A stretch of DNA of 64,000 nt from Spirochaetia bacterium (GTDB lineage Bacteria; Spirochaetota; Spirochaetia; WTKD01; G963693115): positions 64,001 to 128,000 of the forward strand of contig CBDDCA010000003.1 in assembly GCA_965226055.1 (NCBI GenBank), in the 5' to 3' direction. The stretch's first letter is position 1, and the number at the start of each line of letters is the position of its first letter. Shown one piece after another: positions 39,331 through 49,674 of the stretch. The notes beneath the pieces were generated by a model. The model did not search any database and was not told the DNA's origin. It saw only the letters and a program-made list of their open reading frames with translations. Made by a program: the position numbers and the translations under genes.

Positions 39331-39400
39331 ATAATTAGTATATCAAAAAAGCATAATAGATTACAAAGAGGGTAACCAATATGTACGAGATACATATACA

Positions 39401-40624
39401 TCATTCCTTTGCTATCTGTCTATAGCTTTGTAAAAAATCTTTGAGACGAAGCATAGCCTCTCTCATAGTGTCTTCTGGGGCTAAACATACAATACGAAAA
39501 AAATTTTCTTTATGATAGTTAAATCCAGATGCAGGAACTAACAGCACATGTTTTTCGCGTAGAAAATCAAGGACAAACTGCTCTCCGTTTTGTATAGCAT
39601 GCTCTTCTAAAAGCTGCGGAAAAATGTACATCGTCCCTTTAGGGGGCATAAATCGTAGTCCTGCTATGGAAGAAAGTCCTGTACAAGCAGCTTGCACTCT
39701 CTCATAAAATATACCCTTAGGCTTCATCAATGCGTCAATACGCTCTTGTTGCTGAAATACTGCTTGCAAACTGAGCTGTGCAATAACATTACTACATAAA
39801 CGCAAGCTGGATAATTTTTCCATCGCATCCTTGAGCAATACTAATACATTTTTAGGATCGTATATGCACATCCAACCGCAACGAAATCCAGGAGCTCTGT
39901 ATGTTTTTGATATACCATTAAAAAAAATACAAGGAACATCATTCATCAATGTTGCAATAGGACAAGGCTCTTGTGCATCATATACAATACGCTCATAAAT
40001 TTCATCTGAAAAAATGAGAAGCTGATGTTCTATTGCAACATTGATTATCTGTTGTAGCAATGTTTTAGAATACACCGCTCCCGTAGGATTATTGGGAGAA
40101 ATAATGACTATCGCACGAGTTTTGTTATTTATAAGCTTTTTTATATCCTCAATGCGTGGCATCCAATCATTTTCAATATCACAGGAATAATATACTGGTG
40201 TTCCATGATTAAGATGAATCATAGCTGACCATAAAGGGTAATCAGGGGATGGTACAAGAATTTCATCCCCTGGATTAATGAATGCACTCATACTCAGAGA
40301 TATAAGCTCGCTTACTCCATTTCCAAGAAAAATAGAGTCGGGAGAAATAGCGAGATTGTAATTATGTGCATAATAGTGTGCAACTGCTTCACGCGATGTA
40401 AGAAGTCCCTTACTTTCAACATATCCTTGGGCAAGAGCTATATTATCACGCACATACTCTAGTACATGTGTATCTGTTTCAATACCAAAAGGGAATGTAT
40501 TACCAATATTTAGTTTCAGTACCTCTTCACCTGCCTCTTCAAGTCGTAGGGCTTCTTGTAGAATAGGTCCTCTGATAGCATAATGTACTTTCTTTACTGT
40601 ATGAGAAATATTTTTAATATCCAT
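39401..40624 (-). CDS. alaA: PLP-dependent class I/II aminotransferase (AlaA/AlaT-like)
   Basis: YAIRGP, LKLNIGN, GNGVSELI, PDYPLW, SPNNPTGAVY, SDEIY, NGISK.YR.PGFRCGW and RLCSNV motifs. Confidence 0.85.
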   Translation of the reverse strand: MDIKNISHTVKKVHYAIRGPILQEALRLEEAGEEVLKLNIGNTFPFGIETDTHVLEYVRDNIALAQGYVESKGLLTSREAVAHYYAHNYNLAISPDSIFLGNGVSELISLSMSAFINPGDEILVPSPDYPLWSAMIHLNHGTPVYYSCDIENDWMPRIEDIKKLINNKTRAIVIISPNNPTGAVYSKTLLQQIINVAIEHQLLIFSDEIYERIVYDAQEPCPIATLMNDVPCIFFNGISKTYRAPGFRCGWMCIYDPKNVLVLLKDAMEKLSSLRLCSNVIAQLSLQAVFQQQERIDALMKPKGIFYERVQAACTGLSSIAGLRFMPPKGTMYIFPQLLEEHAIQNGEQFVLDFLREKHVLLVPASGFNYHKENFFRIVCLAPEDTMREAMLRLKDFLQSYRQIAKE

Positions 40625-40711
40625 ATAATACCATTCTTTTTATATTTATTATATACTGTTATATGAAAATATAAAATAGTGTGCTTGTTTTGATTACTAA
40701 AGAAATCAATT

Positions 40712-41968
40712 TTGATAGCCGATGCTAATGGTAGGTCCATGCTTACAAAAAAAATAACACAAATTGAAAGAAACAGCAGTGTAGACTCTCTCGGATATTT
40801 AGATAAAGATTTTATTTTATTTCTTCCAGAAACACAGTTTAACAATACAATTAAGCAAATTTTCAATGAACATCAGATAACAGAATATCAAACAGATGAA
40901 ACATCAGGTATGCATGTCGCAACAACTAGTTCAGAAGATGCACAAAAAAATATCAAAGCTCTCTCTTTTGTGCATACTACAAAAAAAGTAGATAGCAAAT
41001 ATGTACGACTTCTCACCTTATATCCAAACTATGAAATAAAATATGAAGAGCTGTATCATCAAATCAAGAATATTGTACATAATATCGCTCTATTACAAAC
41101 AGTAGATTATAAAGAAATTACTAATCTTATGTATGATAAAGTGTTACCGCTTATAAAAAAAGAACCTCTTGTATATTTAGCTGCTCATGAATTCTATGTT
41201 AAAGAAAATCACATGCAATGTAAACTTATTAACTTTTTTTTACAGAACTTACTTTTCACTACCTCATTGCTTGAACTTGACACGAGTAAAACATTTATCA
41301 GTATCGAAAAAAAGCTGCAAGTGAGTATATCCTCTATACTAGCAAATGTAGGGCTTATTATCGTACTTAATACATTAGAAAAAGAAGAAGTAATAGGTAT
41401 GTTGTTTACTCCTCAATTACGAAAAACAATCCCTAAACTAAGCAGTAAAATACTCAGTCATTCAATTTTTCCTCTTTCTCTTACACAAGGCATATTATTC
41501 TCTAAAGTACCATATGCTCATTTACAGAAAATACAAAAAAGAAGCTCAACATTGATACATCCATCCAATTTGTATGAATTTTCTTTTATCATTAACTCGT
41601 ATCTGTTTTTAGTGGGTGGCTACAATAAAAAAAAGCATTCTCCTCCTCAAGCAATAAAAATCATTGCACAACAAGCAAACAAAGAGTTTAATCCTGATTT
41701 TATAAAGGTTATTGTCAATGTCATCAGTACTATACCGCCTGGTACCTATGTGTCTTTGACTAATAAATCAAAAGGGATGATACTCTCTCCAAATATGGAA
41801 CCTGAGAACACCGCTTCCTTTCAGGTATTATCTACAAAACATGATAACACAGTAGCTGATCTAAAGGTTATCACTGTTGATTCACAAGAGTTTAGTATAA
41901 GCAGTATTCTTTCTGAGGAAGAAAGTATGGCACTTCATAAGCACAGAAAATCTCTGTATCAATACTAG
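40712..41968 (+). CDS. Degenerate HD-GYP-like protein (hypothetical)
   Basis: C-terminus PPQAIKIIAQ...EFNPDFIKVIV..ISTIPPGTYVSLTN resembles the HD-GYP C-terminal region; ILANVG sits where LLHDIG is expected. Alternative ATG at 40739. Confidence 0.55.
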   Translation: MIADANGRSMLTKKITQIERNSSVDSLGYLDKDFILFLPETQFNNTIKQIFNEHQITEYQTDETSGMHVATTSSEDAQKNIKALSFVHTTKKVDSKYVRLLTLYPNYEIKYEELYHQIKNIVHNIALLQTVDYKEITNLMYDKVLPLIKKEPLVYLAAHEFYVKENHMQCKLINFFLQNLLFTTSLLELDTSKTFISIEKKLQVSISSILANVGLIIVLNTLEKEEVIGMLFTPQLRKTIPKLSSKILSHSIFPLSLTQGILFSKVPYAHLQKIQKRSSTLIHPSNLYEFSFIINSYLFLVGGYNKKKHSPPQAIKIIAQQANKEFNPDFIKVIVNVISTIPPGTYVSLTNKSKGMILSPNMEPENTASFQVLSTKHDNTVADLKVITVDSQEFSISSILSEEESMALHKHRKSLYQY

Positions 41969-41990
41969 CGCTGCATTTTTTATAAAAGCA

Positions 41991-44378
41991 TCATTCTACT
42001 GTTTCCTTTTTGCTCAATTTTCTCTGTACTTGTATTTTTGTATGTATGCGCTTATTGGTAACTGTAAGTAAAATACTATGAAATATACGATGATGAGAAG
42101 TATTTTTATGTACTATTTTTCTGAGCACTGTATCTGTTAAGATATCGTGTACTTCCTTTGCCATCATTCTCTTTACATTTCTTGCTCCAAAAATAGGAGA
42201 GTGGCCTTTATTTGCTAAATATTCTACTACTGAATTATCCCAATGCAATGTTATATGGAGCTTTTTTAATTTTACGGAAATGATATGCAATTCTCTTATC
42301 ACTATATGTCGAATATGCTGTGTCTGTAATGTATTAAATGTAATGATCTCATCAAGCCTATTTCTAAATTCGGGTGTGAAGATATGGGAGGTTGCATCAA
42401 GCATAGCATTCTTTCCACGATAATTTTCTCCTTCAAAACCAACCTCTGATTGAATAGCATGTTCTGCACCTGCATTTGAAGTCATACACAATAGAATATT
42501 ACGGAAATCTGCTTTTCTTCCCATGCTATCAGTAATAGTGGCATAATCCATAATTTGCAGAAGAAGGTTGTATACATCAGCATGTGCTTTTTCAATCTCA
42601 TCTAAAAGAAGTAAAGAATACGGAGAACGCCTTATATAATCTATCAGTACTCCCCCATTCGTATGTCCTACATACCCAGGAGGAGAACCAATAAATTTTG
42701 ATACTGAGCTTTGTTCTTGAAATTCACTCATATCAAAACGATGAAATGTAATAGCAAGCTCAGATGCCACTTGTTTACATAATTCTGTTTTCCCTACTCC
42801 TGTTGGCCCTACAAGCAAAAACGAAGCAAGTGGTTTATTCTCATCACTCAGTCCTGCTTTTGCACGATGTATTACATTAACAAAAGAATCAATAGCTTCG
42901 TCTTGTCCGAAAATAGTTTTTTTTAACTTTACTTTCAAATCTAAAAGCTCTTGTAGTTCATTTCCTTTAATACTTTTCAATGATCGTTTTGTTATTTTAC
43001 TCATGACTAATTCTACATCTTCTTTCTTTACAACTTTTATTTTTTCTTTATTATTGGTATGATTTTTAAGCTTAATAGATGAACCTATAGCATCAAGAAT
43101 ATCAATAGCTTTGTCAGGAAACGCTCTATCTGTAATATACTTTTTACTCAACTCTATAATATAATCAAACACTGTATGGGAATAACTCACTCTATAAAAT
43201 GCTTCAAATGTATCTTTTAATTGTAGTAAAATAGTTTTTACTTCTTTATTACTTGGCTCTTGCATTTCTACTACATGAAAGCGACGAAATATACTTTTTT
43301 CACGTTCTATGAGCTTTAGCTCTTCATATGTGCAAGTACCTATACAGCGTATCTTATTATTTGCAAGCACAGGTTTTATAAGATCGCCAAAATCATTTCC
43401 ATTTCCTGTGCTAGAACCTGTGTTCATAGCACTATATATATCATCAAGCAATAGAATATACTGTTTCTCTTTTGAAAAGGACTGCATGATCAATTTTACT
43501 CTCTCTTCAAAATCTCCTCTGTATCGAGTACCTGCTACCAATGCTGTAACATTAAGAGACAAAAGCTTTGTGTTACTAAGCTCATGAGGTACTGCATTTT
43601 TCTGTATAAGATGAGCAAATTCATAGACCAATGATGTTTTTCCTACTCCAGCTTCACCCACTAAAAGAACATTATTCTTTTGTCTTCTTAGTAAAACTTC
43701 TGTCACTTCGCTCAGGCAATCTAGTTGCCCTATAAAAGGTTCTAGCATGTTTTTTTCTGCCAATGCATTTATGTCAACTGTATATTTTTGTAATGTGTTT
43801 TCATTTTTATGTTCATCATGCTCTTCATCTTCTTGAGAGGCAAAGAGAGAAATATCTTCGTCTCCTTCAAGGGATGGTATAGAAAAATTAATTTTTTTAT
43901 TTGTTTCTGTATTGGTATCATAATTAAAAAAATCTTGAATAAAATCTTCATCTTTCATTATTTCAAGGATATCTTCCTCTTTTATATTTTGATTTTTGAA
44001 AAATGAAATTTTTTGACTATCTTCTATTTGAATCAACGCAATAAGTAAATCTTTAATACCTAATATATCTCTTTGTTCGCTTGCACAAAATAGAAATGAT
44101 TTTTCTATAAGCTGTCTGTACTCTAAAGAATATGCGATTCTAAACAAAGAGTTTTTTTTAGTAGCACTCACAGGAATATGAGAAAGATAGTCTACTAGTT
44201 CTCTTTTCATATCTTCAATACGAATATTTATCATATCAAAGATTGCTCGAATTGCAGGCTGATAAAGAAGCACATACAGAACATGCTCAGGGGTAATTTT
44301 TTGATGTTGATAGTATATAGCTTCATCACTTGCTGCATCTAAAATTAATTGAACATTTTCATCTAATTTAAGTTTCAT
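41991..44378 (-). CDS. clpA: ATP-dependent Clp protease ATP-binding subunit ClpA
   Basis: Clp N domain (ITPEHVL), NBD1 GEAGVGKT and AGTRYRGDFEER, FPDKAID, NBD2 GPTGVGKTE, RFDMSEF, GSPPGYVG and LLDEIEKAH; no ClpB/C middle domain. Confidence 0.92.
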   Translation of the reverse strand: MKLKLDENVQLILDAASDEAIYYQHQKITPEHVLYVLLYQPAIRAIFDMINIRIEDMKRELVDYLSHIPVSATKKNSLFRIAYSLEYRQLIEKSFLFCASEQRDILGIKDLLIALIQIEDSQKISFFKNQNIKEEDILEIMKDEDFIQDFFNYDTNTETNKKINFSIPSLEGDEDISLFASQEDEEHDEHKNENTLQKYTVDINALAEKNMLEPFIGQLDCLSEVTEVLLRRQKNNVLLVGEAGVGKTSLVYEFAHLIQKNAVPHELSNTKLLSLNVTALVAGTRYRGDFEERVKLIMQSFSKEKQYILLLDDIYSAMNTGSSTGNGNDFGDLIKPVLANNKIRCIGTCTYEELKLIEREKSIFRRFHVVEMQEPSNKEVKTILLQLKDTFEAFYRVSYSHTVFDYIIELSKKYITDRAFPDKAIDILDAIGSSIKLKNHTNNKEKIKVVKKEDVELVMSKITKRSLKSIKGNELQELLDLKVKLKKTIFGQDEAIDSFVNVIHRAKAGLSDENKPLASFLLVGPTGVGKTELCKQVASELAITFHRFDMSEFQEQSSVSKFIGSPPGYVGHTNGGVLIDYIRRSPYSLLLLDEIEKAHADVYNLLLQIMDYATITDSMGRKADFRNILLCMTSNAGAEHAIQSEVGFEGENYRGKNAMLDATSHIFTPEFRNRLDEIITFNTLQTQHIRHIVIRELHIISVKLKKLHITLHWDNSVVEYLANKGHSPIFGARNVKRMMAKEVHDILTDTVLRKIVHKNTSHHRIFHSILLTVTNKRIHTKIQVQRKLSKKETVE

Positions 44379-44621
44379 ATATTAGTCTAGTATAGCAACA
44401 TTATGTAAATAATGTCTTTCATTTTGTAGTGGTATAGCTAGCTGCATTGTAATAATAACATATAAAAAAAGGCTGGCATGAATAACTGAAAAATGAGATA
44501 ATGCAGAGAGAAGTGCTAAGAAAGAGTCAATTAGTACATAAGAAATAATATAGGAAGTATTTCTTTTTTCTCCTTGAACTCGTGCTTGATTATAATTTAT
44601 ATTATAAAAATTTTTAAATGC

Positions 44622-45428
44622 TTAGAACATCAATACACTATTTTCTTCTTTATATTTTTTAATTCTATTTCTTGATAACTGACAATATTCTTTTGATATA
44701 TCAATACCTATATAATTTCTTCCTAATTTTAAAGCTGTAACACAAGTAGTTCCACTACCACACATTGGATCAAATACTAAATCGCCTTTATTAGTCCATG
44801 AATTGATATGATCTCTTACTAATGCACAAGGAAAAGGAGCAGAATGCTTTTTTGCTTCCTGATCCTCAGCTTTTTTACCAACAACATAAGTCCATATATT
44901 ACCTTTAATTTTTTGCCTTTGTACTGGATTAGCAAATTTTTCCCTCTTTTGTTCTCCTTTTGAGTAATTTTTATATGTAGTTCCATTTAACTGTAGACCT
45001 GCGTGTAAGCAATCTATTTTTATTGGATTATGAGTCTTAACAGTTCCTTTACTAAAAACAAACATATATTCAAACTCATTATTATATCTCTTTCTATATA
45101 TCTGAGGGATTGGATTCTTTTTTTGAAATATCATTGTATCATGAAGATTAAAACCAATTTCTTTAAAATATAATGCTTGCTTAAAACTACTTCCAGTTTC
45201 ACTGCCAGCAATTGTAGCATCTCCAACTACCCAAACTAAGATTCCTCCAATTTTAGTTATACGGAACAATTGTTTAGCTATTTTTTCAAATGGAAATGAA
45301 TACCTTTTATAAGTACGTAAATTATCATAGGGAGGTGAAGTTATCGTTAAATCAACAAAATTGTCATCAAAAAATCCCATTAAATTAGTACAATTTCCTT
45401 CAATTATTTGATTTAGATATTTTTGCAT
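44622..45428 (-). CDS. Beta-class N4/N6 DNA methyltransferase
   Basis: Motif IV TSPPY near the N-terminus, H.APFP and motif I DPMCGSGTT near the C-terminus. Confidence 0.92.
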   Translation of the reverse strand: MQKYLNQIIEGNCTNLMGFFDDNFVDLTITSPPYDNLRTYKRYSFPFEKIAKQLFRITKIGGILVWVVGDATIAGSETGSSFKQALYFKEIGFNLHDTMIFQKKNPIPQIYRKRYNNEFEYMFVFSKGTVKTHNPIKIDCLHAGLQLNGTTYKNYSKGEQKREKFANPVQRQKIKGNIWTYVVGKKAEDQEAKKHSAPFPCALVRDHINSWTNKGDLVFDPMCGSGTTCVTALKLGRNYIGIDISKEYCQLSRNRIKKYKEENSVLMF

Positions 45429-45448
45429 ATTATTTTATATTAAGTAGA

Positions 45449-46081
45449 TCAAGCAGGAATAGTCTTAAATATTATATATAGCAACTCTTTTGATTTTTTT
45501 GCTCCAGATTCAAAGGCGAATCTTACTAATAAAGATAAATGAGAATAGGTAAAAATACAAACATTTTTAGTTATTGCTTGCTCATAAATCTGGCTAGTTC
45601 TATTTGGTAGTTGGTATATTGTACTCACTACCATGGCAAATGGTTTTCCATGTTTCCATCTATCCATAGATTGAATCTTAAAATATTTTTGATTTTTAGC
45701 AGTTCTACTTAGCCTAAATGCTTTAGCATCAGCAACAAATTCAAAATTATCTGTATAGCCTTCTACATCTGCAACATCTGCTCTCTCAGATAATACAAGG
45801 CTTTTTATTCCCATCATTTTGTAGGCACTTGCTAATAAGCAATCTGTATATTTTGAATATAATTTCTCTTCAGTGGTATCATGCCCATAAGATTCTGGTA
45901 TGTTGCCACAAAGATGTAAGTGTGCAATTAGAGCCTCCATACCTTTTTCATTAATTTCTGCATTTAATTCCCTTTCTAAAAATTCGGAGTTATCACTAAA
46001 TGAACCTTTTAGATTTTCTATTTTTTTAATCCATTTTTCTCTAATACTAATAATCTCGTTAATTTTTGATTTTACTGACAT
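45449..46081 (-). pseudogene. HindIII-family type II restriction endonuclease, apparently C-terminally truncated
   Basis: IPESYGHD..EEKLYSKY, ERADVADV and VADAKAFRLSRTAKNQK family motifs. Only 210 aa against about 300 aa for HindIII; ends abruptly at KTIPA. Confidence 0.7.
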
Positions 46082-46314
46082 AATTGTTTAACTGAGTTGA
46101 TAGATACCCTTAAAGTTCTATACCTTGTTTACTACTACAAATATGGTGAAAATATCCTATTTTTACTAAAAATAATTTTTATAATTTTTAGTAAAATGGA
46201 AGTAAATTTATAATTTTCTAAAGTATCTTCTTTACTCATTTATAGTTATAATAGCATATTTATATATTATTGTTTTACCTACTACAATTAATTTACATAT
46301 ATTCTATCATCGCC

Positions 46315-47196
46315 TTAAGGACTAATTTTTTTTAACATTCCTGCTTCTAAAGTATATATTGAAGAGCAGGTATAACGGAGTACTTCTTCTAAATGAGAAA
46401 TAAGCACTACTGAGCTTTTATAGCAAGAAAATAAATGGAGTATTATATCGAGTATTTGTTTTCGTAGTCTGCTATCTAAAAAGCTTACTGGTTCATCTAA
46501 TATGATAAGTTTTGGTTTTACAATAAATACCCGTACTAACGATAATCGTTGTAATTCTCCCCCAGATACCTGATGAGGCAAACGATGCAAAAGAGCATTG
46601 GATATTCCTACTTTTTGTAAAAGTTCAAATAACTCATGCTGAAACGCTTCTTGTAATGCTTTTTTACTTATTTCTGTCTTTATTGTGTTGTTATCTGTAT
46701 ACATTGTTTCGTAGTATGTCTTTTTATATGCAGTAAAAGTATCGTACATACTTTGATATATGCTAAGACGAGGATTGAAACTTGCAAGAGGTTGCTGATA
46801 TACCATTTGACATTGTAAATGCATGTTTTTTTTATATTGAGAATAATGTTGCTTTTCATTCTTAAAGTAAAGGTTTCCTGATAAAGGAGAGATAGTGCCA
46901 GCTAGTAGCTTTGCAAGTGTAGACTTACCTGCTCCAGAATATCCCTGTATCCCCACAAACTCATGATGAGATATATCAATAGATACATCATGTAATAGAA
47001 ATGATTGCAGTAATGCCTTTTGTTTCGTACTGTGAGCATTGCTATGAGTATTGTCTTTCTGTAGTATTGCATTTTTTAAGGCAGTATACTTTTTGGAAGA
47101 AGAAACAGTATGCCAAGAAAAATACACCTGCTCAAATCTTACAAAAGAAAGAGAGGCATTATGTGTATATATATTGTTAGTAGTAATAGCTTCCAT
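46315..47196 (-). CDS. Peptide/nickel ABC transporter ATP-binding protein (DppF/OppF-like)
   Basis: GYSGAGKST, QMVYQQPLASFNPR, PHQVSGGELQR and LDEPVSFLD motifs. Confidence 0.85.
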   Translation of the reverse strand: MEAITTNNIYTHNASLSFVRFEQVYFSWHTVSSSKKYTALKNAILQKDNTHSNAHSTKQKALLQSFLLHDVSIDISHHEFVGIQGYSGAGKSTLAKLLAGTISPLSGNLYFKNEKQHYSQYKKNMHLQCQMVYQQPLASFNPRLSIYQSMYDTFTAYKKTYYETMYTDNNTIKTEISKKALQEAFQHELFELLQKVGISNALLHRLPHQVSGGELQRLSLVRVFIVKPKLIILDEPVSFLDSRLRKQILDIILHLFSCYKSSVVLISHLEEVLRYTCSSIYTLEAGMLKKISP

Positions 47197-47208
47197 ATAA
47201 TGTATATA

Positions 47209-47910
47209 TTATTTTTGCAATGAATCATAAAATAAAGATTGAATATAGGGATGTTTTTTTGTCAGTACTTCTTGTGTTGTTCCTATTATTACTTGTTCTC
47301 CATTGTGAAGAACAAGTATTTTTGAGCAAAATTGTGTAATAAGGTGCATTCTATGTGTTACAAGAACAAGTGCTTTTGTGTGCTTTTTTAATAACTGTAG
47401 TATTTCCATTTCATGCTTTCTATCAAGAGAAGAACTAATCTCATCGGCAAGAATCCAGTCATACCCGCATGCCAGTACCATTGCTAGCATAATTCTCTGT
47501 GCCATCCCTCCTGATAGCTGTTGCGGATAAGAAGATAGTAGCTCTTTTGTTGCTGGTAAATCAACATTGCGTAAAGATTTGTGTATTACTTCATCATCTA
47601 TATGGATATGAGGAGCTATGGTACGGAGTTTCTTAAATGAAGAATATACAGTACGTAACGGATTTAAGGATGATTTTGAATCTTGAAAAATCATCCCAAA
47701 ACGTGGAGAAGGAAATTGTAGCGTCCCGCTTATTTCTAAAGTATCTGAAATAGAATTGATTATTCCCGCGAGCGTTTTTAGTAAAGTAGTTTTTCCTGCT
47801 CCTGAATGTCCTACTACAGCAAGGGCCTCCCCTTCTGACAAAGATATGCTAATATTCTTAAGAACATATGTTTCATGCTTTTGTACAGTAAGATTGCGAG
47901 CTAGCATCAT
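47209..47910 (-). CDS. Peptide/nickel ABC transporter ATP-binding protein (DppD/OppD-like)
   Basis: GHSGAGKTT, MIFQD..SSLNP, YPQQLSGGMAQR and ADEISSSLD motifs. Confidence 0.85.
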   Translation of the reverse strand: MMLARNLTVQKHETYVLKNISISLSEGEALAVVGHSGAGKTTLLKTLAGIINSISDTLEISGTLQFPSPRFGMIFQDSKSSLNPLRTVYSSFKKLRTIAPHIHIDDEVIHKSLRNVDLPATKELLSSYPQQLSGGMAQRIMLAMVLACGYDWILADEISSSLDRKHEMEILQLLKKHTKALVLVTHRMHLITQFCSKILVLHNGEQVIIGTTQEVLTKKHPYIQSLFYDSLQK

Positions 47911-48839
47911 AGCGTATCACCATAAGAAATAGTTGTATAATAATGCTTATAGAGTAACTTTAAGATTATATGCACAGTGCCTATAATTACCCCGTATACT
48001 AATACAATAGTTCTCATCAATAACAAATCACGGGAGTTTACTGCATTTACAAGTAAAGTGCCAAGACCGGGAATTGCAAAAGTAAATTCTATGAGAATAC
48101 TTCCTCCCATCAATACACTTATCTGTACTGACGAAATGGCAATAGTATATAATAGAGCGTTTGGGAGTATATCATTTTTCCATATCTGTGATTGGGAATA
48201 CCCAAGGCTATAAGAAAAATGTACAAAAGGGAGCTTACTGATCATAGTTACTGCTTTTAGTAAAGAACGCACATACAAAGGTATTTGTAGCAACACTAAC
48301 ACTATGAGAGGAACAATATACCGTATCACACTTTCAAGAGAAGCACCATTTGAAGTATAAAATAGAGGAATTGGAATAGAAAAAAAAGTAACACACATTA
48401 TTATAAGCAAACTTAACGTGAGGGGGGTAAAAGACAATAACACAGTTTCTAATACAGTATAGATTTTCTTTATGAAATGTATATGCTGATACTGAAAAAG
48501 TATTTTTACTATGGAAAGTGAAAAAAATAATGCTATTATCCAAGAAAGTCCATTTAAGAGTAGCGTAATACTCCAATGTGATACGATAAGATCAACAATA
48601 GGAATATCAAGATATACTGATGTTCCTAATTGTAAATGCAACAACGCCCATACCCATGAAAAAAAAGAGTATATATAGGTAGAAAATGTAGTATCATCCG
48701 TTTGGATGCTCGTATGTTCCATACCTGCAAGAATTTCTTCTGCATTGCCTGGTAATATAACACTTATTGTGTATACTATAAAAGCAAGTCCAAAAAGTAA
48801 TAATAAAAACTGAGCAATAAAGAAAAATAATTGTTTCAT
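47907..48839 (-). CDS. Peptide/nickel ABC transporter permease (DppB/OppB-like)
   Basis: LPGN, LGTS, and GGSILIEFTFAIPGLGTLLVNAVNSRD motifs; multiple TM helices. Confidence 0.85.
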   Translation of the reverse strand: MKQLFFFIAQFLLLLFGLAFIVYTISVILPGNAEEILAGMEHTSIQTDDTTFSTYIYSFFSWVWALLHLQLGTSVYLDIPIVDLIVSHWSITLLLNGLSWIIALFFSLSIVKILFQYQHIHFIKKIYTVLETVLLSFTPLTLSLLIIMCVTFFSIPIPLFYTSNGASLESVIRYIVPLIVLVLLQIPLYVRSLLKAVTMISKLPFVHFSYSLGYSQSQIWKNDILPNALLYTIAISSVQISVLMGGSILIEFTFAIPGLGTLLVNAVNSRDLLLMRTIVLVYGVIIGTVHIILKLLYKHYYTTISYGDTL

Positions 48840-48884
48840 GTGTGTAAGAGATATTACATTCTTTCCATCTACTTCATGAGTATC

Positions 48885-49673
48885 TTAAACACTATGCAAT
48901 GCTTCATGCAAAAAAGTATGTACTCCTGAGATACCATCTTGGTGTAATATGTTAATGATATGACTTCCAATGACAAGAATATCAACATACCCTTTGAGTG
49001 CTTTAATGTGCTTAATACTTGAAATTCCAAACCCTCCTATAATAGGAACAGAAAAGTAATTTCGTATATTTTGTAAAAAAGACAGTACAGAGGAGTCGAT
49101 AGTTTTCTTTGTTCCAGTAATGCCAATACGAAGCGTACAATAGAGTAAGTAAGTACAAATATCTGCCATAGCTTTCAAACGAATTGTATCTACATTGGCT
49201 GAAATTACTGGTATCATAGGGATAGTATCATGAGAAGTAAATGCAGAAAACTCTTCTTCATCAAATGGTAAATCAGGAATAATACATCCTGCAATGTTCA
49301 ATGCTTCTGAACAACGCAAAAATTTTTTAATACCAAAACTGTATGGAATATTTGCATAGGTCATCAATAACAATGGAATTGAAATTTCATCTCGAATGTG
49401 AGCGATAAAATCAAAACACTGTTGTATGCTCACTCCTTGTTCTAATACTGTTTGGTTTGCTTGCATAATGGTACTGCCGTCTCCTAAAGGATCACTAAAC
49501 GGCAGTTGTATTTCAATATGTGAAACTCCTGCATCTACCATAGTTTTAATAAGCTGATAAGAAGTGTCAAAATTTGGGTATCCAGCAACAACATGTGTCA
49601 TGAGAGTAGTAGGCTTATTTGAATGTTGAGATAGCTGTGTACTTAGTGTATGTTTCTTTTTTATGTTCTTCAT
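48885..49673 (-). CDS. trpA: Tryptophan synthase alpha chain
   Basis: AGYP, IEIQLPFSDPLGDG, LMTYAN, PDLP, GITG, GFGIS and IGS motifs. Confidence 0.95.
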   Translation of the reverse strand: MKNIKKKHTLSTQLSQHSNKPTTLMTHVVAGYPNFDTSYQLIKTMVDAGVSHIEIQLPFSDPLGDGSTIMQANQTVLEQGVSIQQCFDFIAHIRDEISIPLLLMTYANIPYSFGIKKFLRCSEALNIAGCIIPDLPFDEEEFSAFTSHDTIPMIPVISANVDTIRLKAMADICTYLLYCTLRIGITGTKKTIDSSVLSFLQNIRNYFSVPIIGGFGISSIKHIKALKGYVDILVIGSHIINILHQDGISGVHTFLHEALHSV

Positions 49674-49674
49674 T

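Noticed and set aside
44470-44495. Possible sigma54 promoters (TGGCA at 44474 and 18365)
   Set aside because: Neither has the GC dinucleotide at the -12 position with the required spacing.
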